The notes: generated by a model not told the origin, from the sequence alone. Shown: positions 52,038 to 64,000, numbered from the stretch's first letter. The stretch is DNA of 64,000 bases from an uncultured Trueperaceae bacterium (GCA_963815215.1 CAWFFU010000003.1:256001-320000); one strand, 5' to 3'. Made by a program: numbers and translations.

Positions 52038-53170
52038 GCGGGGTGGGTCACTTCCTGGCCAGCGTGTGGGAGCAGCTGCAGCTGAGCCTGCAGCACGCCC
52101 TGGGGCCGTTCGGCCCCCAGGGCGTGGCGAGCGGCGGTGCCCTGGCGTCGCTGGCCACCCGGCTCATCGTGGCGCTGCTCCTGCTGGCGCTCTTCGGAGC
52201 GGCCTACGCCGTCCTGGCGCGCGTGCTGGGATCGGCGGGACGGCGCCTACGGGTGCCCGCCGACCTGGTACGGATGCTGCGGCGTGCGCTGGCCTACGCC
52301 GTCATGCTGCTGGCATTGCTGGCGGTGATGGCCCAGTTCGGCGTCGACGCCGCCGTCCTCGGCCGCGTCGCCTCGGCCGCGCTCTTCGCGCTGGTCTACT
52401 ACGCCGCCTGGCTGGCGGCGCAGCGCCTGCTGGGCGACGCCACCGGCCGGGCGCGGCTCGATCCGTCGCTGGTCCAGTTGTTGCGCAACGTGGCGGGCGT
52501 GGTCATCGCGGCGCTGGCCGTGGTCACCGTGATGGACCAGTTCGGCGTCGACGTGCTGGGCGTGGTGACCGCACTGGGCGTCGTCGGGATCGCCGTGGGC
52601 TTCGCCGCGCAGGACACCCTGTCGAACTTCATCTCCGGCGTCACGCTGCTGGTCGAGCGCCCCTTCCAGATCGGGGACTGGGTCGAGCTGGCGGGGAAGG
52701 TGGGCCGGGTCGAGCGGATCACCTTGCGCACCACCCGGGTGGTGTCGCGCGACAACGTCCACAGCTTGATCCCGAACGCCAAGGTGGCATCGGCGGAGAT
52801 CGTGAACCTGTCTGCGGGGGGTCCGCTGCGGCTGCGCATTCCGGTGGGCATCGCCTACAAGGAGTCGGCACGGGCCGCGCGCGAGGTGCTGATGCCGGTG
52901 CTCGGACGGCACCCCCAGGTGCTCCACGATCCCCCGCACGCGCCGTCGGTGCTGGTCGAGGAGTTGGGCGCGTCGTCGGTGAACCTGGTGATGCGCGCCT
53001 GGATCGGGCCGGAGACGATCGAGGTGGAGCCGGTGGTGAGCGCGGGCCTGCTGGAGAGCGCCAAGGAAGCGCTCGACGCCGCCGGCATCCAGATCCCGTT
53101 CCCGCACCTGCAGCTCTTCATCGACGAAGCGCGGGGGCTCGAGCCGCTGGCCGAGCGCATGCGGAGCTGA
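52034..53170 (+). CDS. Small-conductance mechanosensitive channel (MscS family)
   Basis: GFAAQDTLSNFISG, PFQIGDWV, IPNA, GIQIPFP; extra N-terminal TM helices. Confidence 0.9.
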   Translation: MSGVGHFLASVWEQLQLSLQHALGPFGPQGVASGGALASLATRLIVALLLLALFGAAYAVLARVLGSAGRRLRVPADLVRMLRRALAYAVMLLALLAVMAQFGVDAAVLGRVASAALFALVYYAAWLAAQRLLGDATGRARLDPSLVQLLRNVAGVVIAALAVVTVMDQFGVDVLGVVTALGVVGIAVGFAAQDTLSNFISGVTLLVERPFQIGDWVELAGKVGRVERITLRTTRVVSRDNVHSLIPNAKVASAEIVNLSAGGPLRLRIPVGIAYKESARAAREVLMPVLGRHPQVLHDPPHAPSVLVEELGASSVNLVMRAWIGPETIEVEPVVSAGLLESAKEALDAAGIQIPFPHLQLFIDEARGLEPLAERMRS

Positions 53171-53237
53171 ACGTAGAGCGGGCCCGCCCCGCGATCCTCG
53201 TCGTTGCGGTCGTCGCCAACGGGCGACGGGCTCGTCG

Positions 53238-53852
53238 TCAGAACAGGATGCGGGTCCAGTCGAGGTCGTCGAGCGGTTGGAAGATGTCCACGTATTCGAG
53301 CAGGATGCCGGCCGACTGGTTCTTGAACATCGCGCATTCCACGTGCTTGCCGGTGCGCTTGATGCTCTCGACCAGTTCCACGTAGTCGCCGTCACCCGAG
53401 ACCAGCAGGGCCGAGTCGTAGGCGTCCTGGTAGGCGAGCGACAGCGCTTCTACGGCCAGCGCCACGTCGATCCCCTTCTCCACCAGCGAGCCGTCCTGCC
53501 TGCGGTGCAGCCGCCCCAGCCGCACGGTGACGTAGGGGATGCGCCGCAGCGACTCGAAGAAGCGTTGCTGGCCGTCCCGAAGGTCCTCGTCGTAGTCGTC
53601 GGTGAGGGTGGCGTTGTAGTAGTAGGTGCGGAACAGCGGCCGCTCGCGTCGCAGCTGCTCGATGAACTCGGTCATGTTGACGCGCGTGTTCTGCAGATTC
53701 TCGCGCATGCCGTTGTAGAGGTTGCTGCCGTCGATGAAGATGGCCACGCGCTCGTCGGTCGGCGTGATGCGATACGGCTCGTCGGTCCCCGCCGCCGCGC
53801 TTCCGCTGCGCCGGCCACCTTGATTCCGTCCCCTCGCGTAACGCGTGCTCAT
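53238..53852 (-). CDS. NYN (LabA/DUF88) domain protein
   Basis: FIDGSNL, EKGIDV, SGDGDY. Confidence 0.9.
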   Translation of the reverse strand: MSTRYARGRNQGGRRSGSAAAGTDEPYRITPTDERVAIFIDGSNLYNGMRENLQNTRVNMTEFIEQLRRERPLFRTYYYNATLTDDYDEDLRDGQQRFFESLRRIPYVTVRLGRLHRRQDGSLVEKGIDVALAVEALSLAYQDAYDSALLVSGDGDYVELVESIKRTGKHVECAMFKNQSAGILLEYVDIFQPLDDLDWTRILF

Positions 53853-53970
53853 GGTCGAGTCCAGGCCGCTGTCGTGCCGTGATCGGGCCGGGGCCCAGTG
53901 TAACCGGCGTCGTCGATTCTGGCTAGGGGCCGTCGCCGACTCGGTCGGAGCGGGCCCGTATACTGCCGGC

Positions 53971-54456
53971 ATGCAACCCGTCACCCATGTCGCCAGCTTC
54001 GATCTCGATCACACCCGTGTCCGTGCCCCGTACGTCCGCCATGCGGGTCGCTACCAGGGGCCGCGGGGCGACGTGGTCTCGAAGTTCGACCTGCGACTGG
54101 TGCAGCCCAATCGAGCCGAGGTCCCCACGGCCGCGCTGCACACCATGGAGCACCTGCTGGCCGGCTACCTCCGCGACCGGCTGAGTGCCACCATCGTCGA
54201 CGCCAGCCCGATGGGCTGCCGTACCGGCTTCTACCTCACGGTGATGGGGGAGCCCGACATCGAGCAGGTTCGGACGGCCTTCGAGGCGGCGCTCGGCGAT
54301 GTCACGCGCCACGACGGGCCGATCCCCGGCTGCAGCGCGAAGCGGTGCGGCAACTGGCGCGATCACTCGCTTCCGGGCGCGCAGGCGTGGGCGGAAAGCG
54401 TGCTCCAGACGGAGATCGTCGTTCAGGAGACGATCGCGCTGGAGGAGGACGGCTAG
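53971..54456 (+). CDS. luxS: S-ribosylhomocysteine lyase
   Basis: SFDLDH, HTMEHL, SPMGCRTGFY, CGNWRDH. Confidence 0.95.
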   Translation: MQPVTHVASFDLDHTRVRAPYVRHAGRYQGPRGDVVSKFDLRLVQPNRAEVPTAALHTMEHLLAGYLRDRLSATIVDASPMGCRTGFYLTVMGEPDIEQVRTAFEAALGDVTRHDGPIPGCSAKRCGNWRDHSLPGAQAWAESVLQTEIVVQETIALEEDG

Positions 54457-54534
54457 CGCGAGGTGAGGCCGGCGGGGGCCGGCAACGTAGCGCTCATCAA
54501 GACTCTCATGAGAACGGGTTGCATAATGCCCTCC

Positions 54535-55212
<678 letters not shown>

Positions 55213-55219
55213 GTTGAGC

Positions 55220-56722
55220 ATGTCTCTGCGCCTCCGGCTGACGCTGTTCTTCAGCGTGTTCATCGCGCTGATCCTGTCCGCGGTGGCGGTGTCGGTGTAC
55301 ATCCTCACCGAGCGCTCGTTGACCTCGGCGCTGGAGGATAGGGCCCAGCAGGCGCTCTCGGATCTCACCAGCGGTACGGTGCCGGTGCGCGAGGGGCTGC
55401 AGAAGCTGCCCAGTGACGCTTATTATCAAATCATCCTGTTGGGCTCGGCCAACACCGTCCCCGACACGCCGGCGGGCATCCGCGACGGCTTCCCCTACCG
55501 CCCCTCGGACTACCCCCGCCCCAATCCCACCGACGACTCGCTGGTCGGGTTGATGCCCGACACGGCGCTCGCCGATCTGCTGAGCAACGGACACGTCACC
55601 TCGGTGGTATCGCTCTCCGGCGGCGAGCAGCTGACGGTGCTGGCGGAGCTCGGGACGCTCTACTTCCCGGCGCAGTCCCGCACCTTCGAGGCGGTGACGT
55701 TCGTGGGCATCCCGTCGAGCACGGTGGCCCGTACCCTGGACCAGCTCGCACGCAACCTGGTCCTGACGGTGCTGCTGGCGTTCCTGGCCTTCGGGGCAGG
55801 GGTGTGGCTGCTGTCGAGCCGCGCGCTGCAGCCCCTGAAACGGGTCACGGCGGCCGCTGCGCGCGTGTCCGGGCGTGACCTGTCGCAGCGCGTCCCGACG
55901 CCCAGCAGCCGCGACGAGATCCGGGAGATGGCCGTCACCATCAACAAGATGCTCGACCGTCTACAGGAGTCGTTCGAGACGCAGCGGCGCTTCACCGCCG
56001 ATGCCAGCCACGAGCTCCGCACGCCCGTCACGGCCATCGTCGGTCACGCCAACTATCTGCTGCGGCGAACCCACCCGACCGAGGAACAGGGCGACTCGCT
56101 CACCGTAATCCGGCGCGAGGCGGAGCGCATGGCGAAGCTGGTGAACGATCTACTCGAGCTCGCCCGCGCCGACGCCGGCTTCTCCATCCAGCTCGAGCCC
56201 ATGAACCTGATCGAGGTGCTCGAGGCCGTTCACATGGAGGTGGCGCCGGTCGCCGGCGACACCGTGATCGAGGTCGATGCCGCGGTGCCGGTGCTGGAAG
56301 TGCGCGGCGACCAGGCCCGCCTCAAGCAGGTGGTGCTCAACCTCATCCACAACGCCATCAACGCCGGCGCCAAGCGCATCACCGTGGGCGTCGCGCGCTC
56401 CAACAAGGAGGTGTGCCTGGAGATCCTCGACGACGGCCCGGGCATCCCTCCGGACGCCATCCCGCACCTCTTCGAACGGTTCTACCGAGTGGACGGCGCG
56501 CGCAGCGGGCGCGGCAACGGCTCGGGCCTGGGGCTGGCCATCGTGCGCTGGATCGTCCAGCAGCACGGGGGCACGGTGAAGGTCGAGTCGCGCGTGGGGG
56601 AGGGCACGGTGTTCACGGTGACGCTTCCCGCCCTCGACCCGAAGCTCAGCGAAACGCCTCCGACGACGCGAGGCGAGCTCAGCGACGGCGCCGGCGTCGT
56701 GAACCGCCGCGACGTCAGCTGA
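55220..56722 (+). CDS. HAMP-domain sensor histidine kinase
   Basis: Two TM helices, HAMP, H-box ASHELRTP, N-box, DDGPG, FERFYR, GSGLGL. Confidence 0.93.
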   Translation: MSLRLRLTLFFSVFIALILSAVAVSVYILTERSLTSALEDRAQQALSDLTSGTVPVREGLQKLPSDAYYQIILLGSANTVPDTPAGIRDGFPYRPSDYPRPNPTDDSLVGLMPDTALADLLSNGHVTSVVSLSGGEQLTVLAELGTLYFPAQSRTFEAVTFVGIPSSTVARTLDQLARNLVLTVLLAFLAFGAGVWLLSSRALQPLKRVTAAAARVSGRDLSQRVPTPSSRDEIREMAVTINKMLDRLQESFETQRRFTADASHELRTPVTAIVGHANYLLRRTHPTEEQGDSLTVIRREAERMAKLVNDLLELARADAGFSIQLEPMNLIEVLEAVHMEVAPVAGDTVIEVDAAVPVLEVRGDQARLKQVVLNLIHNAINAGAKRITVGVARSNKEVCLEILDDGPGIPPDAIPHLFERFYRVDGARSGRGNGSGLGLAIVRWIVQQHGGTVKVESRVGEGTVFTVTLPALDPKLSETPPTTRGELSDGAGVVNRRDVS

Positions 56723-56938
56723 CGCACCCGACCCGGCGCGGGCGCCTCGACGCGCCCTATCGCGATGCGCCCGCGCCGGGCGGGCTCGCCGGTGGTGTGG
56801 AGCCGCGCCCGGGGGCGCCGACGGCCGGCGCGACCGAAGCGGTGGCGCCCGATCCCGACGGTCGTGCGGTAAGAGTTCCGTTGGGGACACCCCCCTAGGC
56901 TAGGGGTCCCGCCGCCGGCGACCCCGAGGGGTCGAAGC

Positions 56939-57274
56939 GTGACGGAGCGCCCCATGCCCGTACCGAGCCCCACCACCCCCCCGCTCCCCATCGCCCACGG
57001 TCCGGCCGCGGTGAGGCGCTTCGAGCGCAGACCCGTCCCACCCTGGCGCGCTACGGCGCTGGTCTGGCTGCTGGTCGGAGCCGGAGCCGTGCTGCTGCAC
57101 GGCGTCCCGCGCTGGCAGGCGGCGACCCAGGTGGCGGGCCTGGCGTGGGCGGTCCGCTTGGCGACCCATCCCAGCCGTACCGCTCGTCTGCAGGCCGCTG
57201 CGCTTGTCGGCGCGGTGGTGCTGATCGACGTGCTCGGCGCGGTGGCGCCCGGCCTCTGGCCGCCGGGTTTCTAG
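56939..57274 (+). CDS. Hypothetical small membrane protein
   Basis: Two to three hydrophobic segments; fills the gap between the kinase and the convergent purM. Confidence 0.45.
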   Translation: MTERPMPVPSPTTPPLPIAHGPAAVRRFERRPVPPWRATALVWLLVGAGAVLLHGVPRWQAATQVAGLAWAVRLATHPSRTARLQAAALVGAVVLIDVLGAVAPGLWPPGF

Positions 57275-57330
57275 CTCTCGGGTTCGGCTCTCGGGCTCGT
57301 GGTTCCTCGGTCCCCGGCGTCGCCGCGACG

Positions 57331-58338
<1,008 letters not shown>

Positions 58339-58415
58339 GACCGACACTATACGTCCCGGGCCGGCGCGCCCGGAGCCGGGTCCGCAGGGGGTCCGGCGGC
58401 TGGGTAGACTGACCC

Positions 58416-60668
58416 GTGCCGACCGCCCTCGAGGTCCTCGTACCGCTGCCGCTGGGGCCGCTCAGCTACCTGCCGCCCTCGGCCGGGCCGACGCCGGCGA
58501 TCGGGGCGCGGGTGGCCGTGCCCTGGCAGGGAGGCGCCCGCATCGGGCTGGTGGTGGGCCGGCGCGAGGTGGCCGCGGGACGGGGCATCGAGCTCCGGGA
58601 GGCGATCGCCGGGCTCGACCCCAACCCCTTCGTGACGCCCGAGGCGGTGGACGCGCTGCTCCGCATCGCGCGCCGCGCCGCCGTGCCGGCGGGCGTGGCG
58701 CTCGCGACGCTGGTGCCGTGGGGGTTCCGGGATCGGCTGCGCCATCTGGTGCGGCCGCTGGCGGGCACCGACGTGCCCGGCCTGGAGCGGGACGGCGACT
58801 GGCTCGAGGCATCCACGATCTCGCTGGAGCACCTCGACTGGCTGCGCGCGCAGGGGCTCGTCGAGGAGCGGGTGGTGCGGGTCCGGCCCACCGTGCGGGT
58901 GCTGGTGCCGGTGGCGCTGGTGGACGGGGGGTTGAGTGGTGCCCGCCGGGCGAACCAGCGGGCCGCGCTCGAGCGGCTGTGGCAGCTCGAGATGGCCGAC
59001 AGCGCGGCCGCGCTCGCGCGCGACGCCGACGTGCCCGAGAGCGCCGTGCGGGCGCTGGTGGCCAAGGGTTACGTCGCCTACCGGGAGGTCGACGCGCCGC
59101 CGCCGGGGTTGCCGCGCCCGTCGCCCGACGCGCCGCTGCCGGCGCCTGCGCCCGTCGACGCGGTACCGCCGACCGGCGACGGCGGCATCCTCGGCGGGCT
59201 GCGGCGCCAGCGCCTGGCCGCGCTACTGCCTCGACTGCGCAACGATCTCGATGACGGACGCAGCGTGCTGGTGCTGGCGCCGGAGCAGGCGCGGCTCAGC
59301 GAGGCGGCCGAGGCGCTCGCCTCGTTGCCGCTGTTCCTGCTGTCGGGGGAGCTGGACGACGAGCAACGCCTGCGCCTGTTCGAGGAGCTGCCGGCGTCGG
59401 GCCCGGTGGTGGTGCTCGGAACCTACCTGGCGCTGCTGGCGCCGCTGCCGCGGCTGGGGCGGGTGGTGGTGACGGAGGCCGCCAGCGGCAGCTACAAGTT
59501 GCAGGCCGGCGCGCGCCTGTTCGTGCCGGACGCCGCGGCGCTGCTGGCTGATGCCAGCGGCGCCGCGCTCACCCTGAGCGATGTGGTGGCCGGCCCGGAC
59601 ACGCTCGTGCGGCTTCCGGAGGGAGCACGCCGGATGCTGCCGCTGCCGCGCCTCCGGCTGCACGCCGCCGATATGGGGGGCAGCGGGAACTGGCCGCTCC
59701 ATCCCGACCTCGTGAGATTGCTGAAGCAGGTGCGGGAGCGCGGTCGTCAGGCGGTGCTGATCGCGCCGCGCCGCGGCTTCTCTGCGGCGCTAGGCTGCGA
59801 GGCGTGCGGCTGGACGGCGCAGTGCCCCAACTGCGACTTGAGCCTGCGCTACCACCGCCAGGACGGGCGTCTGCGCTGTCACCAGTGCGGCCACGAGCAG
59901 GCGCCGCCGGCGGCCTGCCCCTCCTGCGGCGGAACGGCCCTGGCGCCGCTGAGGGGCGCGGGCACGCAGTGGGTGGCCGAGCGGCTCGTCGGTATGCTGG
60001 ACGGCTTCCCGGTGCTGCGGTTCGATCGTGATCGCCGTGACGATCCGGAGCCCCTGCTGCGGGGCGAGCCCGGCGTGGTGGTGGGTACCACCGCGGTTCT
60101 GCGACTGCCGCCCCTACCCGCGTTGTCGTTGGTCGCGCTGACGCTGTTCGACACCCACCTCGCGCTGGCCGACTTCCGGGCCGAGGAGGAGGCGTTGCGG
60201 ATGCTGCTGGAGCTGGGAGAGCTGTCGCGGCAGCGTCGGCCACTGGTGCTGGTGCAGACCTACCAGCCGGAGCACCCGGTGCTGAAGGCGCTCGCGACCG
60301 ATCCCCCCGACGCTGCCGTGGAGGTGCTGGTGGGGCGCCTGCTGGAACGCCGTCGGCGTTTCGCCTACCCGCCGTTCGGAGCGCTGGCCAAGCTCCAGCT
60401 CGCCGCTCGCGATCGTGGCGCGGCCTCCGAAGCGGCGTCGGCGCTCGCCGAGGAGCTGCGGCGGCGCGGGGCGAAGGAGGACGAGGTGCTCGGACCGGCG
60501 CCGGCCCCGGTCGCCCGTCTCAAGGGCCGCTACGCCTACCAGGTCTTGTTGCGGCTTCCGGCCGGCGACCGCTTGGAGCAGATCCTGGCGGGCCTGCCAC
60601 CCAGGATGGGGCGGGCTCGGTTGCGTGTCGACGTCGATCCCAGGGACGTGGGCGAGCTGCTGGAGTGA
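58416..60668 (+). CDS. priA: Primosomal protein N' with degenerate helicase motifs
   Basis: N-terminal 3'-binding domain (LSY..VAVPW), RRGFS, four CxxC, GTQWV, QTY, YPPF, GPAPAP, DVDP. Confidence 0.88.
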   Translation: MPTALEVLVPLPLGPLSYLPPSAGPTPAIGARVAVPWQGGARIGLVVGRREVAAGRGIELREAIAGLDPNPFVTPEAVDALLRIARRAAVPAGVALATLVPWGFRDRLRHLVRPLAGTDVPGLERDGDWLEASTISLEHLDWLRAQGLVEERVVRVRPTVRVLVPVALVDGGLSGARRANQRAALERLWQLEMADSAAALARDADVPESAVRALVAKGYVAYREVDAPPPGLPRPSPDAPLPAPAPVDAVPPTGDGGILGGLRRQRLAALLPRLRNDLDDGRSVLVLAPEQARLSEAAEALASLPLFLLSGELDDEQRLRLFEELPASGPVVVLGTYLALLAPLPRLGRVVVTEAASGSYKLQAGARLFVPDAAALLADASGAALTLSDVVAGPDTLVRLPEGARRMLPLPRLRLHAADMGGSGNWPLHPDLVRLLKQVRERGRQAVLIAPRRGFSAALGCEACGWTAQCPNCDLSLRYHRQDGRLRCHQCGHEQAPPAACPSCGGTALAPLRGAGTQWVAERLVGMLDGFPVLRFDRDRRDDPEPLLRGEPGVVVGTTAVLRLPPLPALSLVALTLFDTHLALADFRAEEEALRMLLELGELSRQRRPLVLVQTYQPEHPVLKALATDPPDAAVEVLVGRLLERRRRFAYPPFGALAKLQLAARDRGAASEAASALAEELRRRGAKEDEVLGPAPAPVARLKGRYAYQVLLRLPAGDRLEQILAGLPPRMGRARLRVDVDPRDVGELLE

Positions 60669-60808
60669 GGGGAGCGAAGTCGTCGCGCGTGAACGAGCGC
60701 ACATGGTCGAGGCTCGTGAACATGTGAACGCCCCTCGAGAGCCGATGCGGGAGCGGCGCGCTTTGCGTTTCTCACGCGCCCTGGCTATCATGTGCAGCGG
60801 ACTGGAAG

Positions 60809-61255
60809 ATGCTCAGAAACCGGCGCGCCACCCACGATTTCGAGATCCTCGAGCGCTTCGAGGCCGGCATGCAGCTCACCGGCAGCGAGGTCAAGGCGCT
60901 GCGGCAGGGGGGTGGCTCGATCGTCGAGGCGTTCGCACGGCTGCGCGGGGGAGAGGTGTTCCTGGAGGGCATGACGATCCCGGTTTACACCGAGGCGAGC
61001 TACAACAACCACGAACCGCTGCGGGCCCGCAGGCTGCTCCTGAACAGGCGCGAGATCGCCGAGATCGGTCGAGGGCTCGAGCGCAAGGGACTGACCCTGG
61101 TGCCCCTGAAGCTCTACTTCAAGGGCGGTTGGGCCAAGATCGAACTCGGCCTGGCGCGCGGCAAGAAGCTCCACGACAAGCGCCGGACCGAAGCGAAGAA
61201 GGACGCCCAGCGCGAGATCGATCGGGCCATGAGCCGCCGCGGGCGCGAGTCGTGA
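60809..61255 (+). CDS. smpB: SsrA-binding protein
   Basis: NRRATHDF, GSEVKALR, RRLLL, GKKLHDKR. Confidence 0.96.
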   Translation: MLRNRRATHDFEILERFEAGMQLTGSEVKALRQGGGSIVEAFARLRGGEVFLEGMTIPVYTEASYNNHEPLRARRLLLNRREIAEIGRGLERKGLTLVPLKLYFKGGWAKIELGLARGKKLHDKRRTEAKKDAQREIDRAMSRRGRES

Positions 61256-62643
61256 GCGTCGGCTCGCGCGCCCGGCTCGGGCGCCTGATCCTCATCGTGC
61301 TGTGGGTGGCTGCGGCGTCCGCCGGCGCGCAGAACGCGCTGGTGGTCAACGGCGTGACGGTCGACGGCAACACCACCGAACTGGTCGCCGGGACCAGCTA
61401 CGCGCCCGCGGCTGCCCTGGCCAGCGCCCTCGGCGCCCGCTACTTCACCGATGCCGACACCACCATGGCCACGCTCCAGCTAGGTGGGCACCTGCTGTCC
61501 GTGGCGGTGGTGAGCGACCCCGCCCAGGCGAGCGCACAGGGTACGGCGCTGCACCTCGACGGGAGACCCGTCGCCGGGCCGGCGGGGGTCCTGAGCAACG
61601 GCGACGTGCTGGTGCCGGTGAAGCCGGTCGCCGAGGCGCTCGGCGGTCGCGTGGCCTACCTGCAGAAGGACCACACGGTCGTGGTGGTGCAACCGCGGGC
61701 GCAGGTCATCGCGCTCGCCGCTCAGGGCAGCAGCCCGCAGCAGCGGCTGACGATACGGGTGTCGGCCCCGGTCGGGTTCTCGCAGTTCTACAACGAGCCG
61801 GTGGGGACGTTGCAGCTCCACTTCGACCGCACCGACGTGGCGCCGGACGTGAGCGGCGTGGTGGGCGACGCATTCGTGCGCGCCGACGCCGGAGCGTCGG
61901 GCGGAGGCACCGACGTACGCGTGCAGCTCGCCCCCGGTACCAGCTATCGGGTGTACAGCCTCCCCGACGGCAACGGCTTCCGGGTCGTGGTGGCGTTCAC
62001 GCCCACGGGCGCGACCGTGCGGACCGGAGCGCACATCGTGATCGACCCCGGCCACGGCGGGGGGGACCCGGGCATTGCCTTCCCCGGCTACGGCAGCGAG
62101 GCGTCGCTCACGCTTGCGTTCGCCGATGAGCTCCAGAAGGCGCTGGAGCTGCGTGGCTTCGACGTGTCGTTGACACGCACCGGCGATTACGCCGTGAGCG
62201 CCGCCACACGTTCGCGTGACGGCGTCGGCGCCGATCTGTTCGTGTCGATCCATGGCGCGGTGCTGCCGGCCGGGCAGTTCCATGCCTACTACCTGGCCGA
62301 CGCCAGCGGCGTGAGCTCACTCGATGCCGCCATCCGCAAGAACGCTCAGAGCGCGGTGCAGAGCCAGGACGTGAACGCCCTGCGCCGCAAGATCCTGCTC
62401 GGACTGCTGCCGCAGCTCGACGTCGGCCGCAGCTTCGCGGAGGGACTGGGCACGCAGCTCTTCCAGAACGGGGGCTACCGGTCGAGCGACACCGCCGGAG
62501 CACCGCTGTACGTGCTCGGAGGGGCCGCCGGTCGGGGGATCCTGCTGGAGTTCAGCCCCCAGGACCTGGCCTCTAACGCGCTGCCCGGGGACCTGGCGAG
62601 CGCGCTGGCGGCGCTGCTCGGTTCTGGGGGCGCCACCCCATGA
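61252..62643 (+). CDS. N-acetylmuramoyl-L-alanine amidase (Amidase_3) with N-terminal accessory domains
   Basis: Signal peptide; IDPGHGGGDPG..E, LTR, FVSIH, LLE zinc-amidase motifs. The GTG overlaps the smpB stop. Confidence 0.82.
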   Translation: MSVGSRARLGRLILIVLWVAAASAGAQNALVVNGVTVDGNTTELVAGTSYAPAAALASALGARYFTDADTTMATLQLGGHLLSVAVVSDPAQASAQGTALHLDGRPVAGPAGVLSNGDVLVPVKPVAEALGGRVAYLQKDHTVVVVQPRAQVIALAAQGSSPQQRLTIRVSAPVGFSQFYNEPVGTLQLHFDRTDVAPDVSGVVGDAFVRADAGASGGGTDVRVQLAPGTSYRVYSLPDGNGFRVVVAFTPTGATVRTGAHIVIDPGHGGGDPGIAFPGYGSEASLTLAFADELQKALELRGFDVSLTRTGDYAVSAATRSRDGVGADLFVSIHGAVLPAGQFHAYYLADASGVSSLDAAIRKNAQSAVQSQDVNALRRKILLGLLPQLDVGRSFAEGLGTQLFQNGGYRSSDTAGAPLYVLGGAAGRGILLEFSPQDLASNALPGDLASALAALLGSGGATP

Positions 62644-63203
62644 GCGAGCCGAGGCGGCGCGGGCTCGCCCGCTTCAAGCACCTGGCGACCCCCTACGTCG
62701 CGGTGGCGGCGCTAGCGTTCCTGGCGAGCCTGGTGTTCTTCCTCGGTGGTCACGGTGCGCGCGTCGCCAAGCCCACGCCGGTCGACATCAAGCCCGTCCA
62801 ACAGCAGCTGCAGGGGTCCAGCCGGGAGGTCCGGCTGGAACTGGTCGACGCTGGCGGTCTGGCGCGCCCCGACTTCGTCACGCTGACGCTGCCGTCGGAT
62901 CCTGCGGCCCGGCTGAAGGTCATCCTGGGAGCCCTGCGCAAGGCCATGGACCAGGCAGGGAGCTGGCCGCAGGGTCTGCAGACGCCCGAGGTCTACGTCG
63001 AGCAGGTCAACCGCAAGCAGGTCGCGGTCCTCGATCTGCAGGAGAGCGCCCCGGTGGCCGTAGGGGTGGGTGAGGAGCTCCAACTCCTGCACTCCATCCG
63101 TCAGACGGTGCTCAACAACGGGGCCGACGAGGTGCGTTTCCTCCGCGATGGGCGGCCGGCGCACACGCTCCTCGGCCACGTGGCGGTGGACTCCGCCCTG
63201 TGA
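62640..63203 (+). CDS. GerMN-like membrane-anchored protein
   Basis: TM anchor followed by AVLDL..E.QLLHSI.QT..VRFL.DG..TL.GHV pattern. Confidence 0.7.
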   Translation: MSEPRRRGLARFKHLATPYVAVAALAFLASLVFFLGGHGARVAKPTPVDIKPVQQQLQGSSREVRLELVDAGGLARPDFVTLTLPSDPAARLKVILGALRKAMDQAGSWPQGLQTPEVYVEQVNRKQVAVLDLQESAPVAVGVGEELQLLHSIRQTVLNNGADEVRFLRDGRPAHTLLGHVAVDSAL

Positions 63204-64000
63204 TCAGGGGTACATGCGGGTGAGCATGCGCGGGAAGGGCACCACCTCGCGTAGGTGCTTGGCGCCGACGATCCACGCCAGGGTACGTTCCAGCCCGAGG
63301 CCGAAGCCCGAGTGCGGCACGCTGCCGAAGCGGCGCAGATCGACGTACCAGCCGAACGCGGCGGCCGGCAGGCCGTGCGCTGCGATGCGCTCCTCGAGCA
63401 GGGCGAGGTCGTGGATGCGCTGCGATCCGCCGATGATCTCGCCGTAGCCCTCGGGAGCGATCATGTCGTCGCACAGAACCCGCGTCGGGTCACCCTCGAC
63501 CGGTTGCATGTAGAACGCCTTGGTCTCGGTGGGCCAACGCTCGATCAACACCGGCCGATCGAAGTGCTCGCCCAGCAACGTCTCGTGGGGGGCGCCGAAG
63601 TCCTCGCCCCAGGCCACGTTCTCGCCCTTGTCGGCCAGCAACGCCAGCGCTTCGTCGTAGCTCAGTCGTGGGAAGCCTCCGGTCGCGCTGGGCTCCAGCC
63701 GCTTGGGGTCGCGTCCGAGCATCTCCAGCTCGCGCGCGCGGTGCTCCAGCACGCGGCCTACCAGGTAGGCCACCAGCTCCTCCTGGAGCTGCATGTTCCC
63801 CTCGTGCTCGAGGTAGGCCACCTCGGGCTCGATCATCCAGAACTCGAGCAGGTGGCGCCGAGTCTTGCTCTTCTCCGCGCGGAAGGCGGGTCCGAAGGTG
63901 TACACCTTGCCGAAGGCCAGGGCACCCGCCTCGGCGTAGAGTTGGCCCGACTGCGACAGGTAGGCGTTGTCCTGCTCGAACAGCTCGATCTCGAAGAGGT
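63204..64000 (-). CDS. asnS: Asparagine--tRNA ligase (5' part outside window)
   Basis: [46 protein letters not shown]. Confidence 0.93.
   Translation of the reverse strand, partial: LFEIELFEQDNAYLSQSGQLYAEAGALAFGKVYTFGPAFRAEKSKTRRHLLEFWMIEPEVAYLEHEGNMQLQEELVAYLVGRVLEHRARELEMLGRDPKRLEPSATGGFPRLSYDEALALLADKGENVAWGEDFGAPHETLLGEHFDRPVLIERWPTETKAFYMQPVEGDPTRVLCDDMIAPEGYGEIIGGSQRIHDLALLEERIAAHGLPAAAFGWYVDLRRFGSVPHSGFGLGLERTLAWIVGAKHLREVVPFPRMLTRMYP

Noticed and set aside
56880..56937. Small hairpins after the histidine kinase as an sRNA or terminator
   Set aside because: Short GC stems with no U-tract or recognisable family features.

Overview
High-GC window whose gene content and order point to a Deinococcota, probably Trueperaceae-like, genome (inferred from the dcw layout, pseudo-helicase PriA, the DrRRA-like two-component pair and many leaderless genes). 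From left to right: an FTR1-type iron-uptake pair behind a strong promoter with a perfect palindromic operator; a SARP/BTAD-AAA-TPR regulator; hutU-hutI-ureohydrolase; monomeric isocitrate dehydrogenase; and a GAF protein. An accessory region (~13-25 kb) follows, holding an alpha/beta hydrolase, an AraC-VOC-UvrA2 cassette, a candidate copper module, an aldo/keto reductase, an NHL lipoprotein and an integrase-less ~2.7 kb islet bounded by tRNA-Pro(GGG) and a diverged copy of its 3' half. Next come an uncharacterised secreted Ig-repeat gene pair and core genes: rnj, pnp, rpsO, S9 peptidase, rlmB, ribF, the dcw cluster (mraZ to ftsZ, with a frameshifted murD), RNase P RNA, mscS, a NYN protein, luxS, a two-component system, purM, priA, smpB, an amidase, a GerMN protein and partial asnS. 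No CRISPR array, integrase or transposase was seen. All calls come from reading the sequence and recalled family motifs; no searches were run.
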